Assembly: GCA_002269645.1 (NCBI GenBank)
Contig: NIVC01000650.1
Coordinates: 193,984-257,983 of the forward strand
Reading direction: 5' to 3'
Length of the DNA: 64,000 nucleotides
From: Macrostomum lignano
Taxonomy: Eukaryota
The notes beneath the pieces were generated by a model, which was not told where the DNA came from, searched no databases, and was given only the letters and a program-made list of their open reading frames with translations. How positions within the stretch are numbered: position 1 is the first letter of the stretch; each line of letters begins with the position of its first letter. Below, piece after piece: positions 31,719 to 42,796 of this stretch. The translations under genes and the position numbers were made by a program.

Positions 31719-34011
31719 ATGTCTGACCAGGCCTACCTAGGCAGTCGGATTAGCCTAGTCTCCAAGGCCGGCATTCGCTACGAGGGTGTCTTATCCTCAA
31801 TTGACACCAACGAGAGCACAGTAACGCTGACTAAAGTCCGCTCGTTTGGCACCGAGAACCGGGCATCGGAGCGCAGCATACCGCCTAGCAACGATGTGTT
31901 CGAGTCCATAGTGTTCCGCGGTAGCGATATCAGCGATTTGCACGTGTGCGAGCCGCCCCAGGCTGAGCAGGAGGAGCAGCAGCCTGATCAATATACTGAT
32001 CCAGCCATTGTGAGCATGCAGCAGGCGGCTCCTGCTGGGCCGCCGCCACCTCCGCCCTTGGACCCTGTCATTTCTGCTGCTGTTTCGCCTGGCATGGTAA
32101 GTCAAAATATTCTCTTAGGGTGAGACTTCGGGTCTGATTTCGGGGTCTAGGGGTGAGATTTTGGGTTTACGGGAGAGATTTCAGAGTCTAGGGGTGAGAT
32201 TTCGGGGTCTAGTGGTCAGATTTTGGGTCTAGGGTTGAGATTTTTGGGGTCTAGGGTGAGATTTCGGGTCTGGTACAGTCTAATGGGGAGATTTCAGGTA
32301 TCTTATTGTCTTAGTAAGAGGTTTCCAGTTTTGTATAGTCTAGGTGTGAGATTTCCAGTTTAGTGTAGTCTAGGGGTGAGATTTCCAGTTTAACATAGTC
32401 TAGGGGGTGAGATTTCCAGTTTAATATAGTCTAGGGGTGAGATTTCGCGTGATTGAATTCTAGGGGGTAAGATTTCGCGTGATTGAATTCTAGGGGGTAA
32501 GATTTCGCGTGATTTAATTCTAGGGGGTGAGATTTCGCGTGATTGAATTCTAGGGGGTAAGATTTCGCGTGATTTAATTCTAGGGGGTAAGATTTCGCGT
32601 GATTGAATTCTAGGGGGTGAGATTTCGCGTGATTGAATTCTAGGGGGTGAGATTTCGCGTGATTGAATTCTAGGGGGTAAGATTTCGCGTGATTGAATTC
32701 TAGGGGGTGAGATTTCGCGTGATTGAATTCTAGGGGGTGAGATTTCGCGTGATTGAATTCTAGGGGGTAAGATTTCGTGTCTCGTGAGAGTTTTTTATCG
32801 TATCAGCAGTTGCTAACGTTATTATTTTACTGTTTTTCTCCAGCCGCAGCACCTCATGAGCGGGCCGCCCATTGTGCCGCCACAGCAGCAGCCGCAGCAG
32901 CAGATGCGCCTTCCGCCACGCCAGCAGCAGCAGCAGCAGCAGGGACCCCCAGTTCCGCTGAACGACTGCCCGCCAAACCGGTTCGATGTTGACTACGATT
33001 TCGATTCGGCTAATGCTGTCCTCGAACAGGAGCTGCGACTCCTGGACGTGTCCTCTGACTCCGGCAAGCCGGCAGATGACCAGCAGCAGCAGCAGCCTGC
33101 TGCCGCCGCCGTTGCTTCCGCCTTGGATCCTGACGAACTGAAAAAAACCGACGAACCAACTGGGAGCGGCGGAGACGGCGGGACCGGACCTGATGCCGAA
33201 CTTGCGCCAGCGTACGACAAGGTGAATTAAATCATATCGATAATATATAAATCCTCCTCGCTACATATGTATAGCGCTTGGCAGTCAGTTTCAGATTATC
33301 AATCAGCTGGTTTAGCACTTCGGCTAGCTTATAACAATTATTAAAATTCGAGAAACCATGATCCAACTGAAAAGATCCCAGAAATCATGATCCCGCTGAA
33401 GATATCTCAGAAATCATGACCCCACTGAAGATATCTCAGAAATCATGACCCCACTGAAGATATCTCAGAAATCATGATCCCACTTAAAGTATCCCAGAAA
33501 TCATGATCCCACTTAAAGTATCCCAGAAATCATGATCCCACTGAAAAAATCCCAGAAATCATGATCCCACTTGAAAATCTCACAAATCATCATCCCACAG
33601 AAAAAATCCTTCTTCGACACCATTGGCGCTGGCGGCCCCGGCGGCCCGAGCGGCGGCCTCAGCGGCCGGCAACAGCGGCGACGCATTGACGTCGAGACTT
33701 TCGGCTCCGTCGCTGGCGGCGGTGGCGGCGGCTATCGCGGCGGCCAGCAGCAGCAACGCGGCGGCAACCGTGGTTACTATGGCAACAACAATAGCTACAA
33801 TAATAGCTACGGTAACAACAACTATAGGCAGCGGGGTTATAATTATAATCAGGGCGGCGGCTACGGTGGTCATCGAGGCGGCTGGGGCGGCCGCGGTGGA
33901 GGCTGGGGCGGCGGCGATGGAGGCTGGGGCGGCGGCGGAGGAGGCTGGGGCGGCGGCGGCGGCGGCGGCTGGAGGTCCTTCAGCGGTCCAGATAGCGACA
34001 ACTGGCGTTAA
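31719..34011 (+). CDS. LSM14: LSM14 / Trailer hitch / Scd6 / RAP55 family mRNA-silencing protein, 388 aa, 3 exons
   Basis: Exons 31719-32096, 32844-33221 and 33601-34011, all phase 0 with GT/AG ends. Lsm14 N-domain [18 protein letters not shown]...VRSFGTE...[14 protein letters not shown]-like motif [20 protein letters not shown] (FFD box), IDVETFG (TFG box) and an RGG-rich tail. Confidence 0.95.
32125..32777. repeat. 30-bp minisatellite in LSM14 intron 1
   Basis: Unit ctagggggt(g/a)agatttcgcgtgattgaatt, ~11 clean copies at 32430-32777 preceded by degenerate copies. Confidence 0.95.
33345..33610. repeat. 29-bp minisatellite in LSM14 intron 2, running into the splice acceptor
   Basis: Unit cagaaatcatgatcccactgaagatatct (cag at 33379, 33408, 33437...), ~9 copies. 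Confidence 0.9.
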
Positions 34012-34710
34012 AAGTAGTTATTCAAAATGGCGTGGAAGATTGGTAAAGATCGAGAAGTGACGTGCCTATTAAGTTGATGACGAAGTTTTACCAGTTCTGG
34101 CGAGTATTGTTTTTTTTTCTTCTTCTAAAAGATTGTTAAGCAAAAAGACTCCATATTTGATCTACTAAAATATCCCAACTCCTCTTTGGTTTTGAAACAC
34201 ATCCATTTTGCATGTCTGAAAATGTCATTAATGTTCTGTTATTGATACTATTGAAAATGTGTTCATCCGTGTACAGATAAAAGTACATAGATCTGTAGCT
34301 ACCAGTGAAGTATAGCATGTAATGTGTGTTGCATTTCAGTCTGTCTGATCTCTCCGTCTGCGTGTCTTCTCCCCGCTTTGGTTTAATGTTGTGGCATCTG
34401 TAACCTGTGTTGTTTCTCTAATATTAATATAATTACAATACATCATAAGTACATTCGCAGCAGTGTGTAAAGTGTGGAAAATGTCTTCAATGATATATCT
34501 TTGTCTTACATGCTGCAAGAATAAATTAGCAAAATCATATAAACGATGGATACTTTCTATTGAAATATGCTCTTTTGTTTCTGTATCTCTCTAACTGCTG
34601 TTATTGTTGGATAACTAACGTATTCGTGTACTTTTATTTTTCTATGCACTTTTACTTTATTAGTTTAAAGGGATATTCAAGCTTAAGTAGTGAAAGATAC
34701 TACCATATAT

Positions 34711-35712
34711 AGAATCGCCCCAAAATACCCCATAAGAGAGAGAACCGCCCCAAAATACCCCATAGAGAATCACCCCAAAATACCCCATAGAAATAGAATT
34801 GCTTCAAAAATATCCCATAGAGAATCGCCCCTAAATACCCCATAGAAAGACGATCGCCCCAAAATTATCCTTACAGAATCGCCCAAAAATACCCCATAAA
34901 GAGATACCGCCCCAAAATACCCCATAGCGATAGAATTGCCCAAAAATTGCCCAAGAATGGGCAATGGACTCCAAATGGACTCCATAGAGAATCGTCTCAA
35001 AATACCCCATAAAGAATCGCCCCAAAATACTCCACAGAGTAAGAGAATCGACCCAAAATACCCCAATGCAAGAGAGAATTGCCTCAAAAAACCCCATAGA
35101 GAGACAATCGGCCCAAAATACCCCATAGAGTAAGAGAATCGCCCTAAAATACCAAATTGAGTAAGAGAATCGCCCTAAAATACCCTATAGAGTAAGAGAA
35201 TCGCCCCAAAATACCCCATAGAGTAAGAGAATCGCCCTAAAATACCCCATAGAGTAAGAGAATCGCCCTAAAATACCAAATTGAGTAAGAGAATCGCCCT
35301 AAAATACCCTATAGAGTAAGAGAATCGCCCCAAAATACCCCATAGCGATAGAATCGCCCCAAAATACCCCATAAGAGAGAGAACCGCCCCAAAATACCCC
35401 ATAGAGAATCACCCCAAAATACCCCATAGAAATAGAATTGCTTCAAAAATATCCCATAGAGAATCGCCCCAAAATACCCCATATAGTAAGAGAATCGCCC
35501 CAAAATACCCAAAATAGTAAGATAATCGCCCCAAAATACCCCATATAGTAAGATAATCGCCCCAAAATACCCCATATACTAAGATAATCGCCCCAAAATA
35601 CCCCATATAGTAAGAGAATCGCCCCAAAATACCCCAATGCGAGAGAGAATCGCCCCAAAATACCCCATAGAGAGACAATCGCCCCAAAATACCCCATAGC
35701 GAGACAATCGCT
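34711..35712. repeat. ~31-bp minisatellite between LSM14 and DMAC2 with higher-order duplications
   Basis: Unit agagaatcgccccaaaataccccatagagta. Block ~34711-34830 is repeated at ~35351-35470. Confidence 0.95.
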
Positions 35713-35745
35713 CCAAGCACAACCTTAACTTTGCAGTTGCACTCC

Positions 35746-38700
35746 ATGCTACTGTCAGTACTCAGACGCGTCGCCAGTCGCCGCTGCTACTCAAGCAGCC
35801 GACTTCGCTTAGAGGAGCTGCTGCCCCAGCGGCCGGGCCAGTCGCAGGACAAGCCGCAGGTGCCGGACAAACTGTTCACAGGTCGCATAGCCAAATGGGT
35901 TGGGGCTCCCCGCGTCACCGAAGGCTGGGACATGACTAAAGAGCATCGAGGCGACCTCATGCGAGCAATGCTGATCGGATTAACTACTAAAAGTAGGCAC
36001 AGTTACGATGATAAAATAATTCGAAAACGATATCAGTGGATTAAGCAGGTGCAAGCGTTTGATACAGTTTTGGTGGAGAAATTTGGTGTGGAAGTGGCGG
36101 CAGCTGATCGACTCGTTCGACTGGGCTGTCGGGTGGCCTTCTCGAACTCGCCTAATGATTGGCTGGGAGTTTCTGGTTAGTGTACTCCCGCTGCTGCTGA
36201 GGGCTGTGGCGGTGATAGCTTGCTTTTAAATTGGTCAGATTATTGCTCATATTGGTAGAGTCTGGTGATATTTCAGATGCTATCAAAAGGTCAGGTAGAT
36301 GGTCAGGTAGGAAGTCAGATAAATGGTCAGGTAGGGGGTCAGATGGGTGGTCAGGTAGGAAGTCAGACAGATGGTCAGGTAGGGGGTCAGATAGGTGATC
36401 GGGTAGGGTCAGGTAGGGGGTCAGATAGGTGATCGGGTAGGGTCAGGTAAGGGTCAGATGGTGACGTCAGGTAGGGGGTCAGGTAGGAAGTCAGGTAGGG
36501 ATTCAAATAGACGGTCAGAGGGGGGTCAGATGGGTGGTCAGGTAGGGAGTCAGACAGATGGTCAGGTAGAAGCCTAGGAGGTCAGGTAGGGAGTCAGACA
36601 GGCTCCTAGGCTCCTACCTGACCATTTATCTGACTATCTAGATGACTACCTACCTGACCTCCTACCTGACCATCTGTTTGACTCCCTACCTGACCCCATA
36701 CCTGACCATCTGTCTGACTCCCTACCTGACCTCCTACCTACCATCTGTCTGACTCCCTACCTAACCCCCTACCTGACCATCTGTCTGACTCCCTACCTGA
36801 CCATCTGATGGTCAGGTTGGAGGTCAGGTAGGTAGTCATATAGATATATAGATAGTCAGATAAATGGTCAGGTAGGAGCCTAGGAGATCAGGTAGGGAAT
36901 CAGACAGATGTTCAGGTAGGAGGTCAGGTAGGGAGTCAGACAGATAGTCAGGTAGGGAGTCAGACAGATGGTCAGGTAGGAGGTCAGGTAGGTAGTCATA
37001 TAGATAGTCAGATAAATGGTCAGGTAGGAGGTCAGGTAGGGAGTCATATAGATAGTCAGATAAATGGTCAGGTAGGACCCTAGGAGGTCAGGTAGGGAGT
37101 CAGACAGATAGTCAGGTAGGAGGTCAGGTAGGGAGTCAGACAGATGGTCAGGTAGGGAGTCAGACAGATGGTCAGGTAGGAGGTCAGGTAGGGAGTCAGA
37201 CAGATGGTCAGGTAAGGGGTTAGTTAGGGAGTCAAACAGATGGTCAGGTATGGGGTTAGGTAGGGAGTCAGACAGATGGTCAGGTAGGGAGTCAGACAGA
37301 TGGTCAGGTAGGAGGTCAGGTAGGGAGTCATATAGATAGTCAGATAAATGGTCAGGTAGGACCCTAGGAGGTCAGGTAGGGAGTCAGACAGATAGTCAGG
37401 TAGGAGGTCAGGTAGGGAGTCAGACAGATGGTCAGGTAGGGAGTCAGACAGATGGTCAGGTAGGAGGTCAGGTAGGGAGTCAGACAGATGGTCAGGTAAG
37501 GGGTTAGTTAGGGAGTCAAACAGATGGTCAGGTATGGGGTTAGGTAGGGAGTCATATAGATAGTCAGATAAATGGTCAGGTAGGACCCTAGGAGGTCAGG
37601 TAGGGAGTCAGACAGATAGTCAGGTAGGAGGTCAGGTAGGGAGTCAGACAGATGGTCAGGTAGGGAGTCAGACAGATAGTCAGGTAGGAGGTCAGGTAGG
37701 GAGTCAGACAGATGGTCCGGTAGGGAGTCAGACAGATGGTCAGGTAGGAGGTCAGGTAGGGAGTCAGACAGATTGTCAGCTAAGGGGTTAGTTAGGGAGT
37801 CAAACAGATGGTCAGGTATGGGGTTAGGTAGGGAGTCAGACAGATGGTCAGGTAGGGGGTCAGGTAGGGAGTCAGACAGATGGTCAGGTAGGAGGTCAGG
37901 TAGGGAGTCAGACAGATAGTCAGGTAGGAGGTCAGGTAGGGAGTCAGACAGATGGTCAGGTAGGAGGTCAGGTAGGGAGTCAGACAGATGGTCAGGTAGG
38001 AGGTCAGGTAGGGAGTCATCTAGATAGTCAGATAAATGGTCTGGTAGGAGCCTAGGAGGTCAGGTAGGGAGTCAGACAGATGGTCAGATATGAATGCTAA
38101 GCACAATATGGAAGAATCCTTAAAACCGATTGCACTGTTCAGAGACTGGCGCCCTACCGGCCCTGCCAAGTCGGTCGCTGCCATCTCTGGCCATCGAGGC
38201 AATTGACGCTCGCGACGCCCTGCTGATGTCCGACTCCGTTGATTGGCTGGAGCGGCTGCGCAGTCTGCAGTTCCTGCGGCTTCGCCGATGCCCCTTTGTT
38301 GACGATCATCTGCTTGCTAGACTGGCGGCTCGCTGCAAAACGTTGAAGGTTTGTGTCATGGTTAAACTTTAATTTGAGGCATTAGCTTATAAGTGTTTCT
38401 CAGCTGGTATATTCCCGAGTTCTTGGAGTATTCTCGAGTTCCTGAAGTGCTCCCAAGCTCCTGAAGTATTTCCTAGTTCCTGAAGTATTTCCTAGTTCCT
38501 GAAGTATTCCCTAGTTCCTGAACTATAGTTCCTGAAGTATTTCCTAGTTCCTGAAGTATTCCCTAGTTCCTGAAGTATTCCCTAGTTCCTGAAGTATTCC
38601 CTAGTTCCTGAAGTACTCGCTAGTTCCTGAAGTATTCCCTAGTTCCTGAAGTACTCGCTAGTTCCTGAAGTATTCCCTAGTTCCTGAAGTATTCCCTAGT

Positions 38701-39823
38701 TCCTGAAGTATTCCCTAGTTCCTGAAGTACTCGCTAGTTCCTGAAGTACTCGCTAGTTCCTGAAGTATTCCCTAGTTCCTGAAGTACTCGCTAGTTCCTG
38801 AAGTATTCCCTAGTTCCTGAAGTATTCCCTAGTTCCTGAAGTATTCCCTAGTTCCTGAAGTATTCCCTAGTTCCTGAAGTATTCCCTAGTTCCTGAAGTA
38901 TTCCCTAGTTCCTGAAGTATTTTCTAGTTCCTGAAGTACTCGCTAGTTCCTGAAGTATTCCCTAGTTCCTGAAGTACTCGCTAGTTCCTGAAGTATTCCC
39001 TAGTTCCTGAATTATTCTCTAGTTCCTAAAGTATTCCCTAGTTCCTGAAGTACTCGCTAGTTCCTGAAGTATTCCCTAGTTCCTGAAGTATTCCCTAGTT
39101 CCTGAAGCATTCCCTAGTTCCTGAAGTATTCCCTAGTTCCTGAAGTATTCCCTAGTTCCTGAACTATAGTTCCTGAAGTATTCCCTAGTTCCTGAACTAT
39201 TCCCTAGTTCCTGAACTATTCCCTAGTTCCTGAACTATTCCCTAGTTCCTGAACTATTCCCTAGTTCCTGAAGTATTCCCTAGTTCCTGAAGTATTCCCT
39301 AGTTCCTGAACTATAGTTCCTGAAGTATTCCGTAGTTCCTGAACTATTCCCTAGTTCCTGAACTATTCCCAAGCTCCTGAAGTATTCCTGAATTACTGAG
39401 TCGCTGTAACAAATTACTCTGGCTGCACCTGGAATCGAGCCTGGGCCGCTGGCACATCATAGCGCCGCGCCAGACCGCTAGGCTGCGGCCCCCGCAAGCA
39501 GCTGTTGCTCACTGATCATTATTAAATCAGCTTCACCCCCAACCCGGCAACCCCAGCTGCTGGAGATATCCGACTGCCCCGGCATCACCTGGGAGGGCGT
39601 CGCCAGCCTGTGGCGTTTGAAAAATCTTCGCCGATTGGTCCTGTCAGAGAATTGCCACCTGCTGTCCCAGCCCGAGGGCCTGGCCCTGGTGCCGACCCAG
39701 CTGGAGTCCCTCGTGCCCGGCCTGTTCGTTGAAGGTGTCGACGACTTATTAGCGCTGTCGGTTCCGCGTGCCGCCCCAGAAGCCGACTCAGAGAGCGTCT
39801 ACAGCGCCGAATTGGCGCCGTGA
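35746..39823 (+). CDS. DMAC2: Mitochondrial DMAC2 / ATP synthase subunit s-like (ATP5SL) LRR protein, 300 aa, 3 exons
   Basis: Exons 35746-36175, 38143-38348 and 39557-39823 join in frame (phases 1 and 0; total 903 nt). Arg/Ser-rich N-terminal targeting-like peptide (MLLSVLRRVASRRCYSSSR), FGVEVAAADRLVRLGCRVAF, and degenerate LRRs LRLRRCPFVDD and LEISDCPGITWEG. Assignment to DMAC2 rather than ATP5S rests on recalled family motifs. Confidence 0.8.
36290..38090. repeat. Composite minisatellite (ggtcaggtagg / gagtcagacagat subunits) in DMAC2 intron 1, with an inverted segment
   Basis: Forward units at 36290-36600 and 36806-38090. Reverse-complement units (cctacctgacc) at ~36604-36805. Confidence 0.93.
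38430..39390. repeat. 19-bp minisatellite in DMAC2 intron 2 (~50 copies)
   Basis: Unit ccctagttcctgaagtatt with actcgc and ctatag variants. Confidence 0.97.
39421..39490 (-). other. tRNA-like sequence (pseudo-tRNA or SINE head) in DMAC2 intron 2
   Basis: Minus strand ggccgca-gcctagcggtctggc-gc-ggcgc-tatgat-gtgcc-agcggc-ccagg-ctcgatt-ccagg-tgcagcc: acceptor stem 6/7, anticodon stem 5 bp with a 6-nt loop, T-arm 4/5 with a degenerate B-box. Confidence 0.5.
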
Positions 39824-40194
39824 CCTTTATTGACCTCTAGTGTCCTTAGATGACCCTACTGTAACCTTGGGCTGCCATTGGCTTTTGATTATTGCAAAAA
39901 TACAATTTTTTATTCTGTTTTGCCTGATATCATTGTTTAAAAATTCACTTAACTGTTTACTTACAGTAGTAGCACTTTGCTTGTTTGCGCGTATAAAATT
40001 ACATATTGACGAAAACCCGTCTATGAATTTTTTCAAGCATTTTTGGAATTTCGTCAACTGATGAAAACAAATGCAAATTTGCAAATTCTAACAGTTTTTT
40101 AACATAAGCAAATGACAGACGGCTGTGCTTTGCTTTTGGCTTCAAAGCTTTTCTGTTTGCTAGGCCCCGAGGACATTTAAATCAGTATCAGAGG

Positions 40195-41635
40195 TCAAAC
40201 TGGCGCTTACTGAAGGATCTGGAGTAGAAATTTCTGCTTACTGAAAAACTATAGGGTAGAAATGGCGCTTAATGAATAACTATAGGGTAGAAATAGCGCT
40301 TGTTCTTCAGGTAGAAATAGCGCTTGCTGAAGAACTTTAGGGTAGAAATAGCGCTTGCTGAAGAACTTTAGGGTAGAAATAGCGCTTGCTGAAGAACTTT
40401 AGGGTAGAAATAGCGCTTGCTGAAGAACTTTAGGGTAGAAATAGCGCTTGCTGAAGAACTTTAGGGTAGAAATGGCGCTTGCTGAAGAACTTTAGGGTAG
40501 AAATGGCGCTTGCTGAAGAACTTTAGGGTAGAAATGGCGCTTAGTGAAGAACTTTAGGGTAGAAATAGCGCTTGCTGAAGAGCTTTAGGGTAGAAATAGC
40601 GCTTGCTGAAGAACTTTAGGGTAGAAATAGCGCTTGCTGAAGAACTTTAGGGTAGAAATAGCGCTTGCTGAAGAACTTTAGGGTAGAAATAGCGCTTGCT
40701 GAAGAGCTTTAGGGTAGAAACAGCGCTTGCTGAAGAACTTTAGGGTAGAAACAGCGCTTGCTGAAGAACTTTAGGGTAGAAATAGCGCTTGCTGAAGAGC
40801 TTTAGGGTAGAAACAGCGCTTGCTAAAGAGCTTTAGGGTAGAAAAATAGCGCTTGCTGAAGAACTTTGGGGTAGAAAAATAGCGCTTGCTGAAGAACTTT
40901 GGGGTAGAAAAATAGCGCTTGCTGAAGAACTTTAGGGTAGAAACAGCGCTTGCTGAAGAACTTTAGGGTAGAAACAGCGCTTGCTAAAGAGCTTTAGGGT
41001 AGAAAAATAGCGCTCGCTGAAGAACTTTGGGGTAGAAAAATAGCGCTTGCTGAAGAACTTTGGGGTAGAAAAATAGCGCTTGCTGAAGAACTTTGGGGTA
41101 GAAAAATAGCGCTTGCTGAAGAACTTTGGGGTAGAAAAATAGCGCTTGCTGAAGAACTTTAGGGTAGAAAAATAGCGCTTGCTGAAGAACTTTGGGGTAG
41201 AAAAATAGCGCTTGCTGAAGAACTTTGGGGTAGAAAAATAGCGCTTGCTGAAGAACTTTAGGGTAGAAAAATAGCGCTTGCTGAAGAACTTTAGGGTAGA
41301 AAAATAGCGCTTGCTGAAGAACTTTGGGGTAGAAAAATAGCGCTTGCTGAAGAACTTTGGGGTAGAAAAATAGCGCTTGCTGAAGAACTTTGGGGTAGAA
41401 AAATAGCGCTTGCTGAAGAACTTTGGGGTAGAAAAATAGCGCTTGCTGAAGAACTTTAGGGTAGAAAAATAGCGCTTGCTGAAGAACTTTGGGGTAGAAA
41501 AATAGCGCTTGCTGAAGAACTTTGGGGTAGAAAAATAGCGCTTGCTGAAGAACTTTAGGGTAGAAAAATAGCGCTTGCTGAAGAACTTTGGGGTAGAAAA
41601 ATAGCGCTTGCTGAAGAACTTTGGGGTAGAAATAG
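40195..41635. repeat. Minisatellite changing from a 31-bp to a 33-bp unit
   Basis: gggtagaaatagcgcttgctgaagaacttta (31 bp) to ~40830, then gggtagaaaaatagcgcttgctgaagaacttt(g/a) (33 bp). Explains the FSTPKFFSKRY / FFYPKVLQQAL ORFs. Confidence 0.97.
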
Positions 41636-42241
41636 CACTCGCTGGACGATCTGAGAGTGAAAAAGTCGCAGTGAGTGGCACCATCCAGAGTTGCTATATA
41701 CAAGTGCTGTTTTGCTCTCACTGAATTCTAGTTTTCGTTGCTGACGTCATTCTCTCAGTGCCATCCTTCGTCAAGAAATCGACTAATTTACTTTAACTGA
41801 GAAAGTACCCAACACTATAGATAGGGTTTCTAATAGACGGCAGGAAAACTTTCTAGTTTGCTAATTAAAAGCTTGAATTTCTCGAGCTCGGATTGCTTTG
41901 TTTAAATGGAAACTTTTCCTCTTCCCGGCGAGTCAGGGGAGTTCTAGTTCTGGTCGAACCGGATCAAAGGGACATCTGTAGCTCTTAATTAGCTTTCTTC
42001 GTTTGAAATCCGCAGATTTTCTTTGATTAGCAGCTAATCTGGACTAACTTGATTTAACTGAGCAAATAGCACGATAAAAGTTAATTTTTTTAATTAGATA
42101 GCACTTCACTGTGCAGTTAAATGAAGACTTGCTGGCTGTGTTGTTGGCGCCTGAACTGCTAACAGCTAGAAAGCTGTTGAAATAAAACTACAATTTGAAT
42201 ACGTGTAGCAAAGTCAGAGACATGGGGGAAGCGGGCTTGCA

Positions 42242-42250
42242 TTATCTATC

Positions 42251-42345
<95 letters not shown>

Positions 42346-42350
42346 TTATC

Positions 42351-42401
<51 letters not shown>

Positions 42402-42441
42402 TTATCTATCTCTCTATCTATCTATCTAGCTATCTATCTAT

Positions 42442-42504
<63 letters not shown>

Positions 42505-42517
42505 GCTATCTATCTAT

Positions 42518-42565
<48 letters not shown>

Positions 42566-42566
42566 A

Positions 42567-42609
<43 letters not shown>

Positions 42610-42614
42610 TTATC

Positions 42615-42681
<67 letters not shown>

Positions 42682-42697
42682 CTATCTATTTATCTAT

Positions 42698-42765
<68 letters not shown>

Positions 42766-42796
42766 CTATCTATTTATCTATTTATCTATCTATCTA
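42242..42796. repeat. (TATC)n microsatellite
   Basis: About 550 bp of tatc with occasional tatt. It continues briefly at 44453-44469 beyond the Tc1 insertion. Confidence 0.97.
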
